64,000 bases of DNA from an uncultured Actinomycetes bacterium. Its GTDB lineage: Bacteria > Actinomycetota > Thermoleophilia > Gaiellales > JAICJC01. The notes beneath the pieces were generated by a model that worked only from the letters and a program-made list of their open reading frames with translations, did no database searches and was not told the DNA's origin. Location: the NCBI GenBank assembly GCA_963746115.1, contig CAVVAA010000003.1:663368-727367 (forward strand), written 5' to 3'. Of this stretch, positions 1 through 11,515 are shown piece after piece. The translations under genes and the position numbers were made by a program. Positions within the stretch are counted from its first letter, which is position 1. Every line of letters starts with the position of its first letter.

Positions 1-1591
<1,591 letters not shown>

Positions 1592-1595
<4 letters not shown>

Positions 1596-2927
1596 CGACG
1601 TTCGCACCCCTCTTCGTGCCGGACGAGATCGCGGCCGCGGTCTCCGACCAGGCCTGGCTCGCGGCGATGCTCGACGCCGAGCGGGCGCTCGTGAACGCCG
1701 AGGCGATCGCCGGCGTCGTCCCGGCGCACGCTGGCCGGGCGCGATCGCCGAGCCGCTGCCGCGCCGGCCTCTACGACATCGACGCAGCTCTGCCGCGACG
1801 GGCGCGCGGCGGGCAACCCGGTCGAGCCGCTCGTGCGGGCGCTGCGCGAGGCCGGGTCGGCCCCGAGGACGGCCGGGTTCGTGCACTGGGGCGCGACCAG
1901 CCAGGACATCGTCGACACGCGCCGCGATGCTCGTCGCCGGCCGCGCGCTCGCGCCGATCGCCGACGTGGCTCGGCGAGGCCGCGTCGAGCCTGCGCGCGC
2001 GCTCGCGCGGGCGCATCGCGCCACGCCGATGGCCGGCCGCACGCTGCTGCAGCAGGCGGTGCCGACGACGTTCGGCGCTGAAGGCCGCGGGTTGGCTCGC
2101 GGGCCTGCGCGAGGCCCGCGCGCTGGTCGACGCACGTGCCGCGACGGCGCCTGCGCGGCGCAGCTCGGCGGAGCCGTCGGCACGCTGGCGGTGCTCGGCG
2201 AGCAGCGGCCCCGAGGTCGCGCGCCTCGTACGCCGCGCGAGCTCGACCTGCGCCGAGCCGCCGCTGCCGTGGCACACCGACCGCATCGCGCTGATCGAGC
2301 TCGGCGCGGCGCTCGCCGCCGCCGCCGCGGCGTGCGCGAAGATCGCGGCCGACGTCGTCCTGCTCGCCCAGACCGAGGTCGGCGAGGTCGCGCGAGGGCA
2401 CGGGCGGCGGCTCCTCGACGATGCCGCACAAGCGCAACCCCGCCGTCTCGATGCGGACGCTCGCCTGCGCGGCCAGGGCCCGTCGCGACGCCTGCGCGCT
2501 CGTCGGAGCCGAGCCGCACGAGCACGAGCGGGCGGCCGGGGCGTGGCACGCCGAGTGGGACGCGCTCTCCGGGGCGCTCGCAGGGCGCGGGCGGTGCCGC
2601 GGCGGGCGTCCGCGAGCTGCTGGCGGGGCTGGAGGTCGACCCCGCCCGCATGCGCCGCAACCTCGACCTCACCGGCGGACTCGTGATGGCCGAGCGGGTC
2701 GCCTTCACCGCGGCCGCGCGCATCGGGCTCGGCGCAGCCCAGCGGCTCGTCGCGGAGGCGGCCGGGCGGACGGCGGCGGAGGACGTGACGTTCCGGCAGG
2801 CGCTCGTCGAATCGGCGGGGCTGGGCCTGCGCTCGGAGGAGATCGACGCCGCGCTCGACCCGGCGGCGGCCTCGAATCGGCGGCGGCGCTGGTCGACCGC
2901 GTGCTCGACGGAGGGGAGAGCGGATGA
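1592..2927 (+). CDS. pcaB: 3-carboxy-cis,cis-muconate cycloisomerase (frameshifted)
   Basis: [39 protein letters not shown], fumarate-lyase signature [10 protein letters not shown], and [12 protein letters not shown]. Confidence 0.9.
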
Positions 2928-3303
2928 CGGACGACCGGTACGAGCGCGGGATGGGCGTGCGCCGCGAGGTGCTCGGCGACGCCCACGTGGATGCGGCCCT
3001 CGCGGACGGGTCGGCGCTCACGGGCGACTTCCAGGAGCTGATCACCCGCTACGCGTGGGGCGAGATCTGGGCGCGGCCGGGGCTCGACCGGCGCACGCGC
3101 AGCTGCATCACCCTGACGGCGCTCGTCGCCGGCGGCCACGACGCACGAGCTCGCGCCTGCACCTGCGCGCAGCCCGGCGCAACGGCCTCACCTGGGACGA
3201 GATCAAGGAGGTGCTCCTGCACGACGGCGATCTACTGCGGCGTGCCCGCGGCGAACTCGGCGTTCGCGGTCGCGCAGCGCGTGCAGGAGGAGGAGGGCGG
3301 CGA

Positions 3304-3307
<4 letters not shown>
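2924..3307 (+). CDS. pcaC: 4-carboxymuconolactone decarboxylase
   Basis: [38 protein letters not shown] and [13 protein letters not shown]. Confidence 0.92.
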
Positions 3308-4478
<1,171 letters not shown>

Positions 4479-4482
<4 letters not shown>

Positions 4483-5674
4483 CCGCCGAGACGACGCAGG
4501 TGGGGATCGTCGGGGCAGGTCCGGCGGGGCTCACCCTCGCCCAGCTCCTGCGCCGCCGGGGGATCGAATCGGTCGTGCTCGAGAGCCGCAGCCGCGAGTA
4601 CTGCGAGCAGCGCATCCGGGCGGGCGTGCTCGAGCAGGGCGCCGTCGACCTGCTGCGCGCGATCGGCGCCGGCGCGCGGCTGGACCGCGAGGGCATCGTC
4701 CACCACGGCGTCTCGCTCCAGTTCGACGGCGAGCGCCATCGCATCCCGCTGTCCGAGCTGACGGGCGGCGCGACGATCGTGATCTACGGCCAGACCGAGG
4801 TGGTGAAGGATCTGATCCGGCTGCGGGTCGAGGCCGGCGACCCGCTGCTCTTCGAGGCCGGCGACGTGGCTCTCGCGGACATCGACGCCGACCGCCCGCG
4901 CATCACGTACCGCCACGACGGCCGCGAGCGCGGAGCTGCGGTGCGACCTCGTCGCCGGCTGCGACGGCTTCCACGGCGTCTCGCGCGCCGTCGATCCCGG
5001 CGGGGGTGCTGCGGATCAGCGAGCGCGACTACCCCTTCGGCTGGCTCGGCATCCTGGCCGACGTCGCCCCGTCGAGCGACGAGCTCGTCTACGCCCACCA
5101 CGAGCACGGGTTCGCGCTGCTCAGCCTGCGCTCGCCGACGCTCAGCCGGCTGTACCTGCAGGTGGCCCACGACGAGGACGTCGGCGAGTGGCCCGACGAG
5201 CGCATCTGGGCCGAGCTGCAGACCCGGCTCGGCGTCCCCGGATGGACGCTGGCCGAGGGGCCGATCCTGGAGAAGGGCGTCACCGGGATGCGCAGCTTCG
5301 TGGCCGCGCCGATGCAGTACGGCCGCCTGTACCTGGCCGGCGACGCGGCCCACATCGTGCCGCCGACCGGCGCGAAGGGGCTGAACCTGGCCATCGCCGA
5401 CGTCGAGCTGCTCGGCGAGGCCATCGCCACCTGGTACGAGACCGGCGACCGCTCGGGCCTCGACGGCTACACGGACGCCTGCCTGCGGCGGGTGTGGCGG
5501 GCGGAGCACTTCTCGTGGTGGATGACGTCGATGCTGCACCGCCTGCCCGGGGACGACCCGTTCGACCGCGAGCTGCAGCTGGCGCAGCTGCGCTACGTCG
5601 TCTCCTCGCCCGCGGCGGCGACGACGCTGGCCGAGAACTACGTCGGCATCGCCGGCCGGCGGATGATGCGCTGA
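4479..5674 (+). CDS. pobA: 4-hydroxybenzoate 3-monooxygenase (frameshifted near 4930-5000)
   Basis: [50 protein letters not shown] and LAENYVG. Confidence 0.93.
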
Positions 5675-6320
5675 TGCCACTGCGAAACCGCGTCACGCCG
5701 CTGGGGGAGCTGATCCCGGCGCCCGCGCGCGGCCTCGTCTACGGCAACCGCGGCTGCCTGCACGACGCCCACGGGAACGTCCGCCGCCGCTTCGCCGTCC
5801 GCCGCTGGATCGCGTGCCGGCTCGAGTTCAAGGGCTGGCAGCGCGGCCCGATGATGCAGCCGGGGAAGTTCACGGAGCTCTTCTTCCTCGACGAGGCCAC
5901 CGCCTTCGCCGCGGGCCACCGCCCCTGCGCCCTCTGCCGGCGCGACGACTACGACCGCTTCGGCGCGATCTGGGCCGGCCTGCACGGCGGCGAGGCCGGC
6001 GCCGACGCGATCGATCTGCGCCTCCACGGCGAGCGCGTCGACCCGGAGACCCGCGGCCACCGCACGCACGCCGCCCCGTTCGCCTCGCTCCCCGACGCCG
6101 CGTTCGTGCTCGTCGAGGGCGATCCCTACCTCGTGCTCGGCGACGAGCTGCTGCTGTGGTCGCCGTCCGGCTACGCCGCCCGCCGGCCGCGCCCGGCGCG
6201 GGGGACGGCGACCGTGATCACGCCGCGGTCGCTCGTGGAAGTCCTGCGTGCCGGATGGACGGACGCCGCCGTGCCGCTGCTGCACCCGTCAGCGCGACGG
6301 GCGCCTGGCACCGGTGACTT
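5674..6320 (+). CDS. conserved hypothetical protein with an Ada-like Cys motif
   Basis: [51 protein letters not shown]. The ATG overlaps the pobA stop. The frame stays open to 6582, but the globular-looking part ends near LHPSA (~6295), so the end is approximate. Confidence 0.7.
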
Positions 6321-6714
6321 GGGAGGGGGTGCCAGGCACCGGTCCGCCACGCCGCCGTTCTCCGACGCCCCGAGGTGCCCTCGGGGCGTCGAAGAGCGCG
6401 ACGACCAGCCCGCCCAGGACCTCGGTGCCAAGCACCTCATCGGCGCTAGCCGCCGGGCCTCCCTTGCGCAGGGCGACTGTCCTCGACGTCGGGCACGGCG
6501 ACGTAGAACGTACGCGGCCGTCGTAGCCCTCGGGCGCCGGCCGATGCCGCCGCCGATGCCGACGCCTCCGTCCGGGGTCTGACCTCGCGGTCGACGAGGC
6601 CGTAGCTCCATCGGGTTCGCACGTGTCGAACTCCCAGCCGAACGTCCTCGACGTAGAAGCCGGCGCTTCCGGCGTCCCGCCCGCAATCTCGAAGTGGACG
6701 ACCGGCTGTCCCAT
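6289..6714 (-). CDS. VOC/glyoxalase family protein (frameshifted; 3' end approximate)
   Basis: MGQPVVHFEI..FGWEF..GIGGGIG..FYV.VPDVE..LVVALF. Confidence 0.75.
   Translation of the reverse strand: MGQPVVHFEIAGGTPEAPASTSRTFGWEFDTCEPDGATASSTARSDPGRRRRHRRRHRPAPEGYDGRVRSTSPCPTSRTVALRKGGPAASADEVLGTEVLGGLVVALFDAPRAPRGVGERRRGGPVPGTPSQVTGARRPSR
6299..6340. repeat. REP-like inverted repeat, GGTGCC-W-GGCACC type
   Basis: gcctggcacc (6303-6312) and ggtgccaggc (6328-6337) are perfect inverted arms. GGTGCCAGGCACC is itself an odd-length palindrome. It lies between convergent genes. Confidence 0.6.
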
Positions 6715-6770
6715 GTCGGACTCATTTGTCGGTGGGCCCGAGAGCTAAACGCTCCGGGTACGCGCGCCGG

Positions 6771-7103
6771 GTGCGCGCCGCCAACCTCGCACTGCGCTTC
6801 CTGCTCGAGCTCGTGGCCCTCGCGGGACTCGCCTATTGGGGTGCGCACACCGGCTCCGGCGCCGTGCGGGTCGTGCTCGCGATCGCCGCGCCGCTCGCGG
6901 GCGCCGGCGTCTGGGGCCTGTGGTGCGCGCCACGGTCGCAGCGGCGGCTTCCGCCCGCCCCGCGCACGGTCGTCGAGGCCGCCGTGTTCGGGCTCGGTGC
7001 TGCCGGCTTCGCGGTCGCCGGTCGGGCGACGCTCGCGATCGCCTTCGTCGTCGTCAGCGTCGCCAACTGGGCGCTGCTCTTCGCCTGGCGTCAGGATCCC
7101 TGA
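6771..7103 (+). CDS. YrdB/DUF2568 family membrane protein
   Basis: MRAANLALRFLLELVALAGLAYWG..VWGLWCAPRS; several hydrophobic segments. Confidence 0.8.
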   Translation: MRAANLALRFLLELVALAGLAYWGAHTGSGAVRVVLAIAAPLAGAGVWGLWCAPRSQRRLPPAPRTVVEAAVFGLGAAGFAVAGRATLAIAFVVVSVANWALLFAWRQDP

Positions 7104-7440
7104 GCGGCCAGGAAGCGCTCGAGCGCGGCCCTCGAGCGCGGCGCGATCGTCGGCAGGCCGGAGACGCCGTACGCGGCCAGCGCCTCGTCGAGGCCGGCCC
7201 GGCGGCCGACGACGGCGACGACGTAGCCGTGGCGGGTGAACTCCTCGGTCTGCTCGGCCACGAGCTCGAGCAGCGGCCCGGCCACGTCGTCGGGGTAGTC
7301 CCGGGGGGAAGCTGGATCGCGCCCCAGCCCGCGGCCTCGAGCGCGGCCAGCCCGTCGACGCCGCGGCCGCTCGGGTTCACGAGCTCCTCGGCGATCAGGG
7401 CCACCCGGTAGCCGCGCGCGTCGCCCGCGTCCACGGTCAG
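7091..7440 (-). CDS. hypothetical protein (one indel near 7305)
   Basis: Two frames join at a G-run to give ..RVALIAEELVNP..LAALEAAGWGAIQLPP/DYPDDVAGPLLELVAEQTEEF..; abuts the upstream gene stop. Confidence 0.6.
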
Positions 7441-7979
7441 GCCTCCAGGAGCGCCACGATGCCCTGGAGCTCGCCGGCCCCGTCGTGATCGGGCAGCTGG
7501 TGCGTGATCCCGGTTGCCCGCGGCATCGACACGCCCCGCTCGGCCAGCTCCGCCGCGAGCTCGTCGATGAAGATCCCGCTGCCGGGCGAGAGCTCGTCCG
7601 CGCCGTCCGGCCACTCCGGCCGGCCGCCGCGCTCGGGGTCGGAGCTCGTGACGTGGACGCCCATCGAGGGACTGCCCTCGAGACCGACCAGGACGACGTC
7701 GTCGCCGGCCCGGACGTGCACGTCGATCGCGCCCGCGACGCCCTTCGCCAGCCGCCGGCAGTGGCGCCGGTAGGCGGACGTGTCGAGCTGCTCACGGACG
7801 GCCCAGAACCGGTTCAGACCGGTGAACGCGAGCTCCGGGCAGGGCATCTGCTGGATCCGCCAGCCGCGCTCGCGAAGCGCCGCGACGAGCGGCGAGTACA
7901 CCCCCGGGCAGCGCGCGCCGCCGCTGCACTTGGCGTTCTGGTTCAGGAGACAGTGAGCGACGAACGCGACCCCCGGCAT
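7437..7979 (-). CDS. TudS/DUF523-related putative Fe-S desulfidase (CD3072-like)
   Basis: VAHCLLNQNA, QMPCPE and GLEGSPSMGV (usually SPSCG), followed by GIFIDEL. Confidence 0.75.
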   Translation of the reverse strand: MPGVAFVAHCLLNQNAKCSGGARCPGVYSPLVAALRERGWRIQQMPCPELAFTGLNRFWAVREQLDTSAYRRHCRRLAKGVAGAIDVHVRAGDDVVLVGLEGSPSMGVHVTSSDPERGGRPEWPDGADELSPGSGIFIDELAAELAERGVSMPRATGITHQLPDHDGAGELQGIVALLEA

Positions 7980-8001
7980 GCCCCCGAGTATAGGGGGCCG
8001 T

Positions 8002-9477
8002 TTAGGGGCGGTAACCCGGCGGAGGCGGGTTGCACTCCCGCGCCGTCAGGCCGCGCATCCGGGCAAGCTCGGAGGCCGCCGACGGCTTGCCGGCGATGTT
8101 GCGCAGCTCGTACGGATCGGTCTTCAGGTCGTACAGCTCCTGGAACCCGCCGGTGTAGCGGGCGTACATGAAGCCGGTGCTGCGGATGCCGCAGAAGGCC
8201 GGCGCGAGGGACGGCGGGTTGCCGTTCATGTGCTCCAGCAGGAACTGCGTCCTCCAGGGCGGGTTGGGCTGCTGCCGCCTCAGGAGCGGCAGGAAGCTGC
8301 GGCCCTCGACGGCCGGATGGGAGGCGCCGGCGATCGCCGCCAGCGTCGGCGCCCAGTCGGTGTTCACGATCAGGTGGTGGTCGGTGAACGGGGTCGTCGT
8401 GTCGGGCTCGAACCGGACGACGAGCGGCACCCGCAGCGCCTCGTCGTAGGGCACCTGCTTGCTGCCCACGGTGAGCCGGTGCTCGCCCCAGCTGACGCCG
8501 TTGTCCGATGCGAACAGGATCACGCTGTGCGCGAGCCGGTGGGTCGCCTTCAGCGACGCGACGATGTTGCCGACCTCCTCGTCGACCGTGATCAGCGTCT
8601 GGTACTCGGCCTGGCGCTGGGCCAGGATCTGCTGGTTCTCGACGTTGTCGAAGCGCGGGAGCGCGCGGATCCACGGCGGCTTGTCGGAGACGTCCGCCTC
8701 GTTGTAGCTGGGCGGCCGGAAGGGCTTCAGGTTGGCGTAGCGGTTCGCGTACTTGTCCTGGGGGAACGACGGCAGGTGCGGCGCGTACGGGGCGTAGTAG
8801 ACGAACACCGGCTTCTTGGCCGGGGCGGTGTCGATGAAGTTGCCCGCGGCGTTCCCGAAGAACTTCGTCGAGTAGGTCGAGACCTCGCGCTTCAACCGGC
8901 ACGCGGGCCGCCCCGGGCACCGGCTGGGAAGGTTCGTGAACACGTAGTAGGGGTGGTAGGACGGCTCGTAGTCGAACGCGACCCAACGGTCCCAGCCGGG
9001 CGGAACGCCGCCCGTGTAGGCGTTCAGGTACTTGCCGAAGAGGCCGGTCTCGTATCCGTCCGCGTGCAGCCAGGTGGCAATCGTCGAGCGGTCGTCGCCG
9101 GTGGCGCGGAACACGGGAGCACCGCCGTGCGGCGGGTGGTTGTCGTAGACGCGCGTCGTGTGCGCGTAGTTGCCGGTCAGGATCGTCGCCCGGCTGGGGC
9201 AGCACAACGAGTCCGACACGAACGAGTTCTTAAACGTCACGCCGTGGTGCACCAGGAGGCGCCGGACGTTCGGCATCGACCACAGCGTGTCCCAGCGCTG
9301 GTCGTCGGTCAGGATCACGATGACGTTGGTCCGCTTCGTCGTTGCGATCACGACCTTGCGCGAGCCCGACTGGGCGCCGCCGCCGCTGGCGATCATCGTC
9401 GTCGCAAGCGCCGCAGCTGCCGCCACCAGCACGGCCACCGCGAACGCAACCCGCTTGCCGCGCCAGCTGGGCTTCAT
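8002..9477 (-). CDS. secreted Cys-type sulfatase (N-acetylglucosamine-6-sulfatase-like)
   Basis: N-terminal signal-like segment, NVIVILTDDQR, LCCPSRATILTG (CxPxR motif), GKYLNAY, SDNG and ELYDLKTDPYEL. Confidence 0.9.
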   Translation of the reverse strand: MKPSWRGKRVAFAVAVLVAAAAALATTMIASGGGAQSGSRKVVIATTKRTNVIVILTDDQRWDTLWSMPNVRRLLVHHGVTFKNSFVSDSLCCPSRATILTGNYAHTTRVYDNHPPHGGAPVFRATGDDRSTIATWLHADGYETGLFGKYLNAYTGGVPPGWDRWVAFDYEPSYHPYYVFTNLPSRCPGRPACRLKREVSTYSTKFFGNAAGNFIDTAPAKKPVFVYYAPYAPHLPSFPQDKYANRYANLKPFRPPSYNEADVSDKPPWIRALPRFDNVENQQILAQRQAEYQTLITVDEEVGNIVASLKATHRLAHSVILFASDNGVSWGEHRLTVGSKQVPYDEALRVPLVVRFEPDTTTPFTDHHLIVNTDWAPTLAAIAGASHPAVEGRSFLPLLRRQQPNPPWRTQFLLEHMNGNPPSLAPAFCGIRSTGFMYARYTGGFQELYDLKTDPYELRNIAGKPSAASELARMRGLTARECNPPPPGYRP

Positions 9478-9520
9478 CGTGGTTTGCAGGGTACTCGGTG
9501 CCCGCCGTCGCGGCACCGGC

Positions 9521-10558
9521 TCAGCGGCGGCTCGACGACGCCCAGAGGTTGATGTCGCTCTCGGTGGCGTAGCGGTCGATCTCGGCCAGCTCGGCCTCGG
9601 CGTGAAGTCGAGCCGGTCGAGCGCGCCGACGTTGTCCTCGAGCTGGGCGACGCTGCTCGCGCCGATCAGCGTCGAGGTGACGCGCGGGTCGCGCAGCGTC
9701 CAGGCGAGCGCCATCTGCGCGAGGGTCTGGCCGCGGCCGGCGGCGATCTCGTTCAGCGCCCGCACCTTCGCCATCGTCTGCTCGGTGAGCAGGTCGGGCG
9801 AGAGCGAGTCGTCGCGGCTCGCCCGCGAGCCCTCCGGGATCCCGTTCAGGTAGCGGTCGGTCAGCATGCCCTGGGCGAGCGGCGAGAAGGTGATGCAGCC
9901 GATGCCCTCGTCCTCGAGCGGCGTCGAGCAGGTCGGGCTCGATCCAGCGGTTCAGCATCGAGTACGACGGCTGGTGGATGAGCAGCGGCACGCCCATGTC
10001 GCGCAGGATGGCCGCCGCCCGGCGCGTGTTCTCGGCGGAGTAGGACGAGATCCCGACGTAGAGCGCCTTGCCCTGCCGGACGGCGCTCGCGAGCGCGCCC
10101 ATCGTCTCCTCGAGCGGCGTCGTCCGGGTCGAACCGGTGCGAGTAGAAGATGTCGACGTAGTCGAGCCCGAGCCGGCCGAGGCTCTGGTCGAGGCTCGCG
10201 AGCAGGTACTTGCGCGAGCCGCGGTCGCCGTACGGGCCGGGCCACATGTCGTAGCCGGCCTTCGTCGAGATGACGAGCTCGTCGCGGAACGGCCGCAGGT
10301 CGTCGCGCCAGCATCCGGCCGAAGTTCTCCTCGGCGGCGCCGTAGGGCGGGCCGTAGTTGTTCGCGAGGTCGAAGTGGGTGATGCCGAGGTCGAACGCGC
10401 GGCGGACGATCGCGCGCGCTCGTGTCGAGCGGGCGGTCGTGGCCGAAGTTGTGCCACAGCCCGAGCGAGACCGCGGGCAGCTCGAGGCCGCTGCGCCCGC
10501 AGCGGCGGTAGGCCATGTGCTCGTAGCGGTCGGGAGCCGGCTCGTAGCGGGTGACCAT
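9521..10558 (-). CDS. aldo/keto reductase, L-glyceraldehyde-3-phosphate reductase (YghZ/MgrA) type, frameshifted
   Basis: YRRCGRSGL.LP.VSLGLWHNFG, FDLANNYGPPYG, STKAGYDMWPGPYG and IHQPSYSMLNRW. Confidence 0.9.
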   Translation of the reverse strand: MVTRYEPAPDRYEHMAYRRCGRSGLELPAVSLGLWHNFGHDRPLDTSARDRPPRVRPRHHPLRPREQLRPALRRRRGELRPDAGATTCGRSATSSSSRRRPATTCGPARTATAARASTCSRASTRASAGSGSTTSTSSTRTGSTRTTPLEETMGALASAVRQGKALYVGISSYSAENTRRAAAILRDMGVPLLIHQPSYSMLNRWIEPDLLDAARGRGHRLHHLLAARPGHADRPLPERDPGGLAGEPRRLALARPAHRADDGEGAGAERDRRRPRPDPRADGARLDAARPARHLDADRREQRRPARGQRRRARPARLHAEAELAEIDRYATESDINLWASSSRR

Positions 10559-10600
10559 CGCCGCGCAGGATACCCCGGTTCACAGGCGGCCCGAAACATC

Positions 10601-10631
10601 GGGGACTGTCCCCGCGCAGGGGACAGTCCCC
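10601..10631. repeat. REP-like doublet GGGGACTGTCCCC-N5-GGGGACAGTCCCC
   Basis: Perfect 13-bp inverted pair, each arm an odd-length palindrome. The same unit recurs at 40279-40311. Confidence 0.75.
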
Positions 10632-10644
10632 TTCTCGGCCTGCA

Positions 10645-10661
10645 CTAATAAGTGCCTAAGA
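10645..10661 (-). promoter_or_regulatory. putative MprA-type box TCTTAG-N5-TATTAG
   Basis: Hexamers with 11-bp period resembling the boxes at 19451-19478 and 21544-21571; upstream of the secreted protein at 10767. Confidence 0.4.
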
Positions 10662-10766
10662 ATGCGGCTTTCGGGCCGCTCTGGCGTTGCGCCCGCCCCC
10701 GCGGGTGGCGCATAGTGGAAGCAGTGTCCCGGGATGGACACCGGGGATAAGCCTGCTGAGGAGGAT

Positions 10767-11489
10767 GTGGTGAGCACACGCCTGAAGCGCCGGATCGTGA
10801 TCGCAGCAGTGGTGCTCGGCGTGGCCGGGCTGGGCGGAACGGCCCTCGCCACGTCCTCCTCCGGCGGGAGCTCGTTCTTCGACGACGTGGCCGGCCGGCT
10901 CGGCGTCTCCCCGGCGAAGCTCCAGAGCGCGGTGAACGGCGCGCTGGCAGACCGGCTCAACCAGCTCGTCAAGCAGGGCAAGCTGACTCGCGCGCAGGCG
11001 AAGGCGATCCTGAAGCACGCCAAGGACCACGGCGGGGCGTTCCCGTTCGGCGGGTTCGATCACCACTTCGGCGGGCCGGGCCACTTCGGCTTCCGCCACC
11101 ACGGCTTCGGGCCGCGGCCGTTCCTCGCGCCCGGGCCCATGGGCGGACCGTTCGCGGGCGCCGCGAAGTATCTGGGCGTCTCCGCGGACGACCTGATGAA
11201 GGATCTGCGCTCCGGCAAGACGCTCGCCGCGATCGCGAAGGCCAACGGGAAGTCGGTGAGCGGGCTCGAGTCCACCCTGATCGCGCCGGCGAAGGCCCAC
11301 CTCGCCGCGGCGGTGAAGGCCGGGCACCTGACGAAGGCCCAGGCGAAGCGCGTCCTCGGCATGCTCACAAAGGGCATCGACAGCTTCGTCACCCACGGCT
11401 TCCACTTCGGCATGCGGATGGATCACGGCTGGGGCGGCCAGAGCAGCGGAAGCGGCAGCGCCCCCGCGCCGAGCGCCTCCGGCCTCTGA
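10767..11489 (+). CDS. secreted hypothetical protein with repeated helical units and a His/Phe/Gly-rich linker
   Basis: GAGGAGG RBS, signal peptide (KRRIVIAAVVLGVAGLGGTALA), duplicated GKLT.AQAK unit, and GKTLAAIAKANG. Confidence 0.8.
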   Translation: MVSTRLKRRIVIAAVVLGVAGLGGTALATSSSGGSSFFDDVAGRLGVSPAKLQSAVNGALADRLNQLVKQGKLTRAQAKAILKHAKDHGGAFPFGGFDHHFGGPGHFGFRHHGFGPRPFLAPGPMGGPFAGAAKYLGVSADDLMKDLRSGKTLAAIAKANGKSVSGLESTLIAPAKAHLAAAVKAGHLTKAQAKRVLGMLTKGIDSFVTHGFHFGMRMDHGWGGQSSGSGSAPAPSASGL

Positions 11490-11515
11490 GCTCGCCGGTC
11501 GTCGATGTTGCCCCG

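Noticed and set aside
8002-9867. Apparent AKR-sulfatase fusion; likewise EfeB-methyltransferase (54258-56141) and pcaB-thiolase (1927-4161)
   Set aside because: Produced by indel errors that put the neighbouring genes in one frame; each downstream gene has its own start.
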